Positions 51,125 to 62,439 of a stretch of 64,000 bases of DNA are shown piece by piece. Source of the DNA: Malacoraja senta (lineage: Eukaryota); contig JAXLNO010003343.1 in NCBI GenBank assembly GCA_038087875.1, positions 1 to 64,000 of the forward strand, written 5' to 3'. Under the pieces are notes generated by a model that did not search any database, was not told the DNA's origin, and saw nothing but the letters and a program-made list of their open reading frames with translations. Positions within the stretch are counted from its first letter, which is position 1, and every line of letters begins with the position of its first letter. The position numbers and the translations under genes were made by a program.

Positions 51125-52300
51125 TAACTCTGCTGGCTCCTAGTCCCCCTCCCCCTACAGGGAAGATCAATCAGTAGTGATGACTCTGCTGGGTCCTAGT
51201 GCTCCCCCCCCCCCCGCTATAGGGCAGATCCATCGGTCAGCTGGCTCCTAGTCCCCCTCCCCCTACAGGGAAGATCAATCAGTAGTGATGACTCTGCTGG
51301 GTCCTAGTGCTCCCCCCCCTATAGGGCAGATCCATCGGTCAGCTGGGTCCTAGTGCTCCCCCTCCCCCTACAGGGAAGATCAATCAGTAGTGATGACTCT
51401 GCTGGGTCCTAGTGCTCCCCCCCCCCTATAGGGCAGATCCATCGGTCAGCTGGGTCCTAGTGCTCTCCCTCCTCCTGCAGGGAAGATCAATCAGTAGTGA
51501 TGACTCTGCTGGGTCCTAGTGCTCCCCCCCCCTATAGGGCAGATCCATCGGTCAGCTGGGTCCTAGTGCTCTCCCTCCTCCTGCAGGGAAGATCCATCAG
51601 TAGTGATGACTCTGCTGGGTCCTAGTTCTCCCCCCCCCCCCACTATAGGGCAGATCCATCGGTCAGTTGGGTCCTAGTGCCCTCCTCCTGCAGGGAAGAT
51701 CAATCAGTAGTGATGACTCTGCTGGGTCCTAGTGCTCCCCCCCCCCACTATAGGGCAGATCCATCGGTCAGTTGGGTCCTAGTGCTCTCCCTCCTCCTGC
51801 AGGGAAGATGCATCAGTAGTGATGACTCTGCTGGGTCCTAGTGCTCCCCCCCACTATAGGGCAGATCCATCAGTCAGTTGGGTCCTAGTGCTCCCCCCCC
51901 CACTATAGGGCAGATCCATCGGTCAGCAGGGTCCTAGTGCTCTCCTCCTGCAGGGAGATCCATCAGTAGTGATGACTCTGTTGGGTCCTAGTGCTCCCCC
52001 CCACTATAGGGCAGATCCATCGGTCAGCTGGGTCCTAGTGCTCTCCCTCCTCCTGCAGGGAAGATGCATCAGTAGTGATGACTCTGCTGGGTCCTAGTGC
52101 TCCCCCCCCACTATAGGGCAGATCCATCAGTCAGTTGGGTCCTAGTGCCCTCCTCCTGCAGGGAGATCCATCAGTAGTGATGACTCTGTTGGGTCCTAGT
52201 GCTCTCCCTCCTCCTGCAGGAAGATCCATCAGTAGTGATGACTCTGTTGGGACCTAGTGCTCTCCCTCCTCCTACAGGGAAGATCCATCAGTAGTGATAG
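51125..52300. repeat. Higher-order satellite of alternating ~57-bp and ~46-bp related subunits
   Basis: A: CTCCTCCTGCAGGGAAGATCCATCAGTAGTGATGACTCTGCTGGGTCCTAGTG; B: CTCCCCCCACTATAGGGCAGATCCATCGGTCAGCTGGGTCCTAGTG; mostly in AB order. Confidence 0.92.
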
Positions 52301-53295
52301 GTCTTCCCCTTCCCTCTCTTTTAATCAGGTTACCCCGACCACACACCACCAGTTAAAATTCCCTGCTTTATTATGGATCACAATTTCTACGAATTACAAT
52401 ATATAAAACTCCGAAGGCACAAAATGTGAATGCTAGTATTCACAAAATATATGCAAACATTTTCTGAGATTTCAGGAAATTCCCACCCCCCCTCCTTCAG
52501 CTCCCGGGCTCCTATTGGACTCTGGGCCCGCATACGATGTACCCCCTGCACCCCCCTCTCATAGGCCCTGTGTATACGTAAGCGCATTCGTGAACAAAAT
52601 ACTGTGTGTGGTATATACCTTTGTTAGGTTCCTAAAAATAGGCTCAACAAATTGATGTTCTTTACAACCCCTTCATGACCCCCGGAAACCCCCCAAACGA
52701 CCCCCATGGGGGTCACGACCCCCAGGTTAAGAACCACTGCTTTGGAGATACAGTGCTGAAACAGGCCCTTCAGCCCATACTAGGGACAATTTACATTTAC
52801 ACCAAGCCAATTTACCTACATCTCAGAGAAAAGCCACACAGGTTACGGGGAGAACATGCAAACTCCGTACAGTCACCACTCGTAGTCGGGTTCAAACCAG
52901 GGTCTCTGGTGCTGCAAGGCAGCAACTCGTGTAAGGCCACGATCTCTTGGCTTTGCTTATAGTTATTATCATGTTTTATCTTCTATTGTGTTCTTTTTGC
53001 TTATTGCATATAAACAAATATAAAGCTGCACATAAGGTTGGATCTTTTCGAGGCCCGAGCTGCCCCATCTTTTACCACAAAAGTGCTTCCTATATTTAGA
53101 GAAACATAGATATAATAAGGCTCACCCCTCATGTGCATTGAAGGCTTTCTCTAAAATATGGAGACCATTAAGCTGTTCACTGCCAAGTTTATTTTTCACT
53201 ATTGGCCATGACCCCTAGTGTACTCGGCAGTGGCATTGAACAGGTTAAAGATATCCAGTGATGTGTAGCTGCGCTACCTTTCCTTGGTATTCTTA

Positions 53296-53969
53296 AGGGC
53301 CTGTCCCACTTACGTGTCCTTGGCACACAAATTATGCGACCTTGTGGTCGCGTTGAAGCGCACGGGCATCGTATGGCCGCGCGGGGCCGGTCCCACTTGG
53401 AAGCGCGGAGGGGTATGGAGTTGTGCGCGACATCGCGCGGGGCTCCGATAATTTTGTAGTGAACGAAATCTTCGCGCGCCAACGGCCTGTCGCGGAACTG
53501 ACGGCCAAAGTGGGACAGGCCCAAGACCCTGGCGCGACGCAAAGTCTCACTTTCAACAGGAGCAGAAGGAGGCAAACGATCGCCGAACTCGGCCTGGGGC
53601 TCACGGCCGTTGAGGTCCGGATCCGCCCCCACTTCTACTCCCAGAGCGGGGCCAAGAAAATTGAAGATAGACACAAAATGTCAGCGGGACCGGCAGCATC
53701 TCTGGAGAGAAGCAATGGGTGACGTTTCGGGTCAAGACCCTTCTTTTCAGACTGAAGAAGAGTCTCGACATGAAACGTCACCCATTGCTTCTCTCCAGAG
53801 ATGCTGCCGGTCCCACTGGCTTACTCCAGCTTTGTGTCCATCTTCAAATAATGTGTCACACGCTCCAGACGGCTGTGCGTACGCATGTAATCGCGCCCGA
53901 CCTTCGTCAGACCATCGCGGCTCAACGCGTAATTTGCGTTCCAAGGACACGTAAGTGGGACAGGCCCCT
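53296..53969. mobile_element. PIF/Harbinger-type MITE
   Basis: 27-bp perfect TIR GGGCCTGTCCCACTTACGTGTCCTTGG (53297-53323, 53941-53967); TTA on both flanks (53293-53295, 53970-53972) allowing one extra C. Confidence 0.8.
53661..53847. mobile_element. Palindromic (fold-back) Penelope-terminus-derived element inside the MITE
   Basis: Two inverted copies of the Penelope tail joined at the CTGAAGA motif; outer arms TTGAAGATAGACACAAA / TTTGTGTCCATCTTCAA. Confidence 0.8.
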
Positions 53970-54456
53970 TTACTTAGATGATTCATTCCCTCTGGCATTG
54001 ATTGATGAATCAAAGTGGGGGGGGGGGGGGGGTTGATGGAATTTGTAAGGATTTGCTGAAGTCAGTTTGCTTAAAACTGCTCACTCCTTGAAAAGGAGAG
54101 TCTGTGAACTTTAGCCCAGAGACAAAGAACAGTTTGTGAACTCAAGGTTATAATTGATAAAAATCTAGGCACAACTGTGAACAACAACCCTTTATTAGGA
54201 TGAAGGTAATGAGCTAATGCCAACCATGCCCCTGGGACCAGGAGTAATAAGGAAAGGTCAAAACTTGGATGATGTTTTCATTCCAATAAGAAACTCTACA
54301 AACAATGATAGCTGAATAAAACATAATTATGTTGTATCGATGAAGAGCCTCCTTTTCAAGCTGCTTTCTGCAGTCTTTTAGTTGTTCTGCAGATCCTTTA
54401 CATTCTCTCGTCTTCGTGTTTTCAAGAAACACCACAAATAGCCGAATGTATACTAA

Positions 54457-57400
54457 TTATAGAAACATAGAAAAATAGGCACAGGAGTAGGCCATTCGGC
54501 CATTCGAGCCAGCACCGCCATTCAATATGATCATGCCTGCATCTAGAATCAGTACCCCATTCCTGCTTTTAGAAACATAGACACACAGAAAATAGGTGCA
54601 GGAGTAGGCCATTCGGCCCTTCGAGCCTGCACCGCCATTCAATATGATCATGGCTGACCATCCAACTCAGTATCCTGTACCTCCCTTCTCTCCATACCCC
54701 CTGATCCCTTTAGCCACAAGGGCCACATCTAAATCCCTCTTAAATATAGCCAATGATGTCTCTTATAGGCTGAATAAATGCTATAAAAATGATCTTTTTA
54801 CCACAAATTTTATATCTATTCCAGTCAATACCGATATACTTACCCAAAATGTTTTTTAAAAAATTGGATGCTGATATTATAAATTTTATATGGGACTATA
54901 AATCCCACAGAATCCAAAGAAAACATTTGTGTAAACCTAAGGAATTTGGTGGATTATCACTCCCCAATTTTTTATATTATTACTGGGCCACAAATGTCAA
55001 AAATATGATTCACCTGTTGGACAATTCGGCCCAGCAGGTGGATTGGATAGTAATGGAGAGAGAGGACTGCTCCCCTTTTAACATAGGAGCGATCCTTCTC
55101 TCACCAACAAAAATAAAGAATACAATATATAGTAAAAATCCAATTATTCACAGTACAATTAGAATTTGGAAACAAATAAAATTATTGTTAAAATTAAGAA
55201 ATCTATCACTTCTTTCACCTATAATGAATAATCCTTCGTTTAAACCTTCTATGATAGATAGAGCTTTTATAAATTGGGAAAGAGCAGGAATTAAAACGTT
55301 TGGAGATATGTATGATGACGGAAGTTTTTTAACATTTCACCAATTACAACTTAAATATAACTTGAATAATAATCAATATTTTAAATATTTCCAACTACGT
55401 GACTATTTGAAAAAGTATACACGGGAATATCAAAATATCTCTCCTGACTTATTAGATGGGATAATGAATATAAAAGCGGAATCAGCTAATTTAATATCAT
55501 ACCTATATAATTCCATTTTAAATATAGAAATTCCATCATCGGACGGGATCAGAAGAGAATGGAAACAGGAACTAGCTATAAAAATCTCGAAAGAGAGTTG
55601 GGATAAACATCTATTATATGTGCATAAATGTTCGATTAACGTAAGACATACTCTGATTCAATTTAAAATTTTACATAGATTATATTATTCAAAAGCTAAA
55701 TTAAGTAAATTTTACCCAAATACCTCTGCAAACTGTGATAAATGCCTAGTCCAAGAATCAACTACAGCACATTCTTTTGTTTTTTGTATAAAAGTTCAAA
55801 AATTTTGGAATGAAATTTTTGAAATTTTCACTAAATTATTTTAAATAAAACTGAAACCGAATGCAGAACTGATTATTTTTGGAACAATAGAAGCAAGTTT
55901 GGAGCTGACTTCGTTTCAAAGGAGTTTTCTTAGTTATGGCTTAATAACGGCAAAAAAATTAATACTGAAATTTTGGAAAAATGCTCCTACGCCAACAATA
56001 AAAATGTGGACTTCTAATATGTCGGAATTGTTACATCTAGAAGATATGAGATTCCTCCTAGCAGGTAAACAAGACCAATTCCAAAAGATTTGGTCTCCAT
56101 ATATCGACCTATTACAAACATAGGGTGCAACAAAATGTTGATAATAAATGGTTTTAGGTCCTGGCGAGGGGTGAGTACAGATAAGAAAAAGGCACATCCC
56201 TTTCATATTGTCCTATCTTATTTTCTTTTTTCTCTTTTTTTCTTTTCTTCTTTAACTATTTCTTGTGGTTTAGGTTCACATGTGTGTTCCTGGACCACTT
56301 TTTCATTCACTCACTGACTGTCCTTGCTAGTTCTTTCTATTCTTCTTTTCTATTAAAGTTGAAAAACAGAAGTGGTACAAGAACTGTATAAATTTACGTT
56401 ATTGCAGATTACTGTAATGTAAAATACTTCTAAAAAATAAATAAAAAATAAAAAAATAAAAAATATATATAGCCAATGAACTGGCCTCAACTACATTCTG
56501 TGGCAGAGAATTCCAGAGATTCACCACTCTCTGTGTAAAAAATGTTTTTCTCATCTCAGTCCTAAAAGATTTCCCCTTTATCCTTAAACTGTGACCCCTT
56601 GTTCTGGACTTCCCCAACATCGGGAACAATCTTCCTGCATCTAGCCTGTCCAACCCCTTAAGAATTTTGTAAGTTTCTATAAGATCCCCCCTCAATCTTC
56701 TAAATTCTAGCGAGTACAAGCCGAGTCTATCCAGTCTTTCTTCATATGAAAGTCCTGACATCCCAGGAACCAGTCTGGTGAACCTTCTCTGTACTCCCTC
56801 TATGGCAAGAATGTCCTTCCTCAGATTAGGAGACCAAAACTGTAGACAATACTCCAGGTGTGGTCTCACCAAGACCCTGAACAACTGCAGTAGAACTGCA
56901 GTCTGAAGAAGGGTTTCGGCCCGAAACGTTGCCTATTTCCTTCGCTCCATAGATGCTGCTGCACCCGCTGAGTTTCTCCAGCAATTTTGTGTACCTGCAG
57001 TAGAACCTCCCTGCTCCTATACTCAAATCCTTTTGCTATGAATGCTAACATACCATTCGCTTTCTTCACTGCCTGCTGCACCTGCATGCCTACTTTCAAT
57101 GACTGGTGTACCATGACACCCAGGTCTCGTTGCATCTCCCCTTTTCCTAATCGGCCACCATTCAGGTAATAGTCTACTTTCCTGTTTTTGCCACCAAAGT
57201 GGACACATTTATCAACATTATACTGCACCTGCCTTGCATTTGCCCACTCACCCAGCCTATCCAAGTCACCTTGCAGCCTCCTAGCACCCTCCTCACAGCT
57301 AACACTGCCCCCCAGCTTCGTGTCATCCGCAAACTTGGAGATGTTGCATTCGATTCCCTCGTCCAAATCATTAATATATATTGTAAATAGCTGGGGTCCC

Positions 57401-58210
57401 AGCACTCAGCCTTGCGGTGCCCCACTAGTCACTGACTGCCATTCTGAAAAGGACGCGTTTACTCCTACTCTTTGCTTCCTGTCTGCCAGCCAGTTCTCTA
57501 TCCACATCAATACTGAACCCCCATAACCGTGTGCTTTAAGTTTGTATATTAATCTCTAATGTGGGACCTTGTCGAAAGTCTTCTGAAAGTCCAGATATAA
57601 CACATCCACTGGTTCTCCCTCTACTAGTTACATCCTCGAAAAATTCTATAAGATTCGTCAGACATGATTTACCTTTCATAAATCCATGCTGACTTTGTCC
57701 AATGATTTCACCATTTTCCTAATGTGCTGCTATCCCATCTTTAATAACTGACTCTAGCAGTTTCCCCACTACCGATGTTAGACTAACTGGCCTGTAATCC
57801 CCGTTTTCTCTCTCCCTCCCTTTTTAAAAAGCGGGGTTACATTAGCTACCCTCCAATCCTCAGGAACTACTCCAGAATCTAAAGAGTTTTGAAAAATTAT
57901 CACTAATGCATCCACTATTTCTGGGGCTACTTCCTTAAGTACTCTGGGATGCAGCCTATCTGGCCCTGGGGATTTATCGGCCTTTAATCCATTCAATTTA
58001 CCTAACACCACTTCCCGGCTACCTGGATTTCACTCAGTTCCTCCATCTCATTTGACCCCCGGTCCCCTGCTATTTCCGGCAGTTAATTAAGTCTTCCTTA
58101 GTGAAGACAGAACCAAAGTAGTTATTCAATTGGTCTGCCATGTCCTTGTTCTCCATGATCAATTCACCTGTTTCTGACTGCAAGGGACCTACATTTGTTT
58201 TAACTAATCT
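54457..58210 (-). mobile_element. Large CR1 (HER1-like) LINE remnant, interrupted by L1 (54757-56466) and a Penelope tail (~56890-57000)
   Basis: KADKSPGPDRLHPRVLKE, GPQLFTIYINDL, KFADDTKLGG, VRPHLEYC.QFWSP, LYSLEFRRLRGDL; duplicated (TTTCTATG)-type tail at 54460-54700. Confidence 0.92.
54757..56466 (+). mobile_element. Young 5'-truncated L1 (same subfamily as 32367-32938)
   Basis: 13-bp TSD ATATAGCCAATGA (54744-54756, 56467-56479); 351-aa open ORF2 segment, one stop near 55842, then the C-terminus; A-rich tail. Confidence 0.93.
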
Positions 58211-59189
58211 TTTCCCCCATATCCCTTGATTCCTTTAGCCTTAAGAGCTAAATCTAACTCTCTCTTGAAAGTACGTTGTTTAGATAAGAGCCTTCTTTTC
58301 AAGCTTCTTTCTGCGGTCTTTTAGTTGAGTTTTGCAGGTGCTTTAGTTTGTCTCGTCTTCTCTCTGCTGAATATGTAACAACTACAAGCTGTGAATAACA
58401 AAAAATCCTTGAAAACTAACACTGGACTGCGAGTGTGAGTACAAAGCATGTTCTAATGTGACCCAACTTCAGTCTGAAGTAGGATCCTCACCCGAAATAT
58501 CTGCCTTCCCATGTTCTCCAAAGATGCCGCTTGACCCGTTGAGTTCCTCAGCACTTTGTGTCTGGAGGAAAGCAGCCTCTGCTCTTCCTTTCATCTACAA
58601 TTGTTAAATAGTTCAATCCAGACAATTAGTTCAATTTTACATTGTTGACTAAAATGAGAAACAAGGCAATTCAAGGATAAATAACTGCCCATAATTCCAT
58701 GTGACAGAGAAAGAGGTCTTTCAGCCTCCTGAGCCCACTCAGGAGGCTGAGGGGTGATCATATAGGGGTGCTTAAAATCATGAGGGGGAATTGATAGAGT
58801 GTATGCCCAGAGCCTTTTACCCAGAGAACAAAATTATTCCAACACTAATTTGCCCCAAAACGGATCTTCCTCATTTCTATCAATGCCACAAATCCACCTC
58901 TATTTGCAGCGGTGGCTTAATCTACTAATTCAGCACATTTTGGTATGTGGGAGGAAACTGGAGAACAAACATTGTCACAGGGAGAATGCTTATACTCCAC
59001 ACAGACTGCACTGGAGATGATTGAACCCGGATCACTGGCGCTGTGAGGCAGCAGCGCTCTTTGCTATAAAGCAGTCATAGAGAGTCACACAGCAGGGAAA
59101 CAAGCCCTTTGGCCCAACTTGTCCATGCTAATCAAGATACCCCATTTAAGCTAGTCCCATTTACCCTGGAATCGGTAGACATCATTCAA

Positions 59190-59670
59190 AACGTTTCTCT
59201 CTAGATGTCAGCTGCTCTACATCGGTGAGACCAAGCGCAGGCTTGGCGATCGTTTCGCCAAACGCCTCCGCTCGGTTCGCAACAACCAACCTCATCTCCC
59301 TGTGGATCAGCACTTCAACTCCCCCCTCCCATTCCAAATCCGACCTTTCTACCCTCGGCCTCCTCCATGGCCAGAGTGAGGACCGCCGTAAATTGGAGGA
59401 GCAGCACCTCATATTTCGCTTGGGCAGTTTACACCCCAGCGGTATGAACATTGACCTCTAATTTCAGGTAGTCCCTACTTTCTCCTCCCCTTCTCAGCTC
59501 TCCCTCAGCCCACTGACTCCACCTCTTCCTTTCTTCTTCCTGCCCCCCCCCCATTCCCCCCACCCTCACATCAGTCTGAAGAAGGGTTTTCGGCCCTAAA
59601 CGTTGCCTATTTCCTTCGCTCCAGAGATGCTGCCTCACCCGCTGAGTTTCTCCAGCATTTATATCTACCT
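59190..59670 (+). mobile_element. Penelope-like element 3' fragment
   Basis: LYIGETKRRLGDRFAKRLRSVRNNQP...EEQHLIFRLGSLHPSGMNID followed by the terminal repeat. Confidence 0.88.
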
Positions 59671-61796
59671 ATGCATGTCCCTGTCCATGTGTCTATTAAA
59701 TATTGTTATTGTACCTGCCGCAACTCCATTCTCTGGCAGGTCATTCCATATGCTGACCACTCTCTGAGCACAAAGATTGTCCCAAGTTCCAATTAAATCT
59801 TCCCCCTCTCACATTCAACCCATGTCCTCTGGTTATTTGATTCCCCTTCTCTGGGTAAAAGGCTCTGGGCATACATCTATCAATTCCCCTCATGATTTTA
59901 AGCACCACTATATGATCACCCCTCAGCCTCCTGTGCTCCATGGAATAAAGCCCTGGCTTGCCCAATCTCTCCCTCTTGTTCACACCCTTGAGCCCCGACA
60001 ATATGCTCATAAATCTCATAAACATAACAATGTTGCAGATAATAAGCGCACCATAAATAATGCAAATTAAAAAAATATTTTTGAAGGCAATATGATTCAA
60101 TAAACATGGTTCAATGAATCAGATGATAATGTAATAAATGTCATTCACATGTATTCACATATAATTTGAAAATAATAATAAATATTGCAAGATGTGGAAA
60201 ATTGATAGAAATTATGCCCAGTGCATAATATTTTGATGTATTGTTACCTGTTTGTACCCTCACCCTGTTTTAGTCCAGTTAAAGATTAATAATATAATGT
60301 GTTTAATGTGTAACCGAAGAGGTAACAAAAAGCAATGTTTTCAGCAATAATTAATCATGAATGAATGATACTTTATTGTGACATGTGACAAGTCACAGTG
60401 AAAGTCTTTGTTTTGTAAACCCAACGTATGTCAAGATTCTTCACATAAAGGGCACCGACAAAGTTATAAAGTCTCCCACACCAGGTCCTCCTTTGTCCCC
60501 ACCTCACCATGGTTCCCCCACGCCTGGTCCTGCTTTGTTCAATGGTACACTACGAATGTCATTGAATTAACACAGTAATGGTGATAGGACTTATTGATTT
60601 ACAATATAAAACATGTCCAATTGCAACTTATATGGATATACAAGTGTGGTGCAGATGGATTTGGACAGCTTACTTTACAATTGGTGCCCAAGATAATTTA
60701 GAGATATAGCACGAAAACAGCCCTTAGAGTCCACAGTGACCAGTGATCCACTTTGGCATACAGGCTTGGAGTGTGGGAGGAAACCGGAGCACCCGGGGAA
60801 ATCCCACGCAGGTCACGGGGAGTACGTACAAACTATGTACAGACAGCACCTGAGGCCAGGATCAACCCTGGGTCTCTGGCACTACGGCACCATCACTACG
60901 GCTGAACCACAATGCCATTTAGGTTATCCTTTAAATATTTCACACAACATTTCATTCAAAATTTGTCAATAAAAGTAAAAACAATTGGTGAGGTACGCAA
61001 GGGATTTTAACCATTCAAAAAGCCACCAACATTTTAATGATTTGTAAAATGCTGGAACACACAGCAGGTTCAACAGAACCTATGGAAAGAGAAACAAAAT
61101 TAATGCTTCAGAATTGTGAGAATGTGTAAGTTACAGACAGGAGTGGGAGGCATGGTTGGACATAGCGGGTATCACTAATACGGTAATGACAGGTTTCCAT
61201 GGTGATAAACTGACAATGAAGCCATCAGACAATGGCATTTTTGGTTTTTATTTCACATTTGCAGCATCTGCAGTTCTTAGGTTAGTAACTCAGCATGGAA
61301 ACGGGCCATTCTGCCCACCAATTCCATGCCAACCATCGATCATCTTTCACACTGGTTCTATGTTATCCCAAAATGGACACAAAATGCTGGAGTAAGTCAG
61401 GGGAAACACTCTGTCTGAGGAAGGGTCTTGACCTGAAAAGTCATCCATTCCTTGTATCCAAAGATGCTGCCTGTCCCGCTGAGTTACTCCAGCACATTGT
61501 GCCTATCTTTGCTGTAAACCAGCATCTTCAGTTCCTTCCTACACATCTATGTAATCCCACTTTCCTCACCCATTCTCAGCACACAAGAGTAATTTACAGA
61601 GCCCAATTAACCTACAAACTCTCACGTTTTCAAGATATGGGATGAAACCGGAGCACCTGGAGGAAATATCTGTGTTCACAGGGAGAACATGTAGTCGGGA
61701 TCAAACCTGGGTCTCTGGCACAGCGAGAAATTTCTTTGAGATGTTTTTTTATGAACATTGATCACACTCCAATTGTATTGAAATGAATGAACTAAC

Positions 61797-62057
61797 TTGC
61801 TGTTTCGTTCTGCCTCTGCATCCATTCATCGACTTGCCCTTTGATGATTCCATGGAAACCAGTTTCAGAGACCGTATTTGTTACCCAGTAATTCCTGTCA
61901 AATGCAGCCGCCATCCATTTCTGTCTTGGAACTGTAATGACCATGTTTTTGTCATAATACTGTATCTCACAACCGTCCAGAACACCCACAACACTATATT
62001 CTGGTAGATGAGTACTCCCGTGGTTCAGGGTGTAGTAGTAGATCAGTGTGTGAGGCT
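61797..62057 (-). CDS. MHC class I alpha1 exon (divergent, probably nonclassical)
   Basis: TCTTTGTGTCTAG acceptor, 261 nt, phase 1/1, open: EPHTLIYYYT...PEYSVVGVLDG.EIQYYD...PRQKWM...NYW...MQRQNETA; donor A|GTTAGT; Y7, Y59, R84 equivalents and N86 sequon present. Confidence 0.92.
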
Positions 62058-62439
62058 CTAGACACAAAGACAATAATACAATTATTGTCAAGTAATAGAC
62101 ATTTCTATGGATAGGAAAGGTTTGGAGGGAAATCGGCAAAGCACCAATCGGATTTACATTGCACTAAACATGATATCATTTACCCTGTATCTATAGATAA
62201 CATTACAATGACGGCTTCATTGTAATGTAGTCTTTTCACTGACTGGATAGCACACAAGAAACATTTTCACTGCAAAACAGTACACGTGACATTAATAATA
62301 AATTAAACTAAGCTAAAATATAGATAGGTGGGTCAAGGGTAGATGGGGCATCTTGGCTGGCATAGATAAGCTGGGCTGAAGGGCCTGTTTCTATGCTGTA
62401 CATTATTCTAGATGTCAAGCTTACTTAGATTATTTTAGT

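Larger units (their letters stand above)
49236..52570. mobile_element. Nested non-autonomous hAT (MITE-like with cargo)
   Basis: Exact 8-bp TSD TGTATACG (49228-49235, 52571-52578); TIR CAGGGCCT/AGGCCCTG; subterminal GGGCCC motifs. Confidence 0.8.
47328..52739 (-). mobile_element. Buster/Charlie-type hAT DNA transposon with nested insertions
   Basis: TIR CAGTGGTTCTTAA(T/C)CT (15/16 match); 8-bp TSD CTTTAGAG / CTTTGGAG (7/8, nnnTAnnn); inserted in a V-SINE tail. Confidence 0.9.

Noticed and set aside
1185-52300. Regularly spaced repeats as possible CRISPR arrays
   Set aside because: The arrays are head-to-tail with no unique spacers, there are no cas genes, and the DNA is vertebrate.
58731-58760. 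13-bp perfect hairpin TCAGCCTCCTGAG/CTCAGGAGGCTGA
   Set aside because: Explained by an inverted junction at the 5' end of a CR1 fragment.
60975-61040. Minus-strand KCWWLFEWLK, resembling an alpha2 C-terminus
   Set aside because: Wrong Cys-Trp spacing, no upstream alpha2 similarity, no donor.
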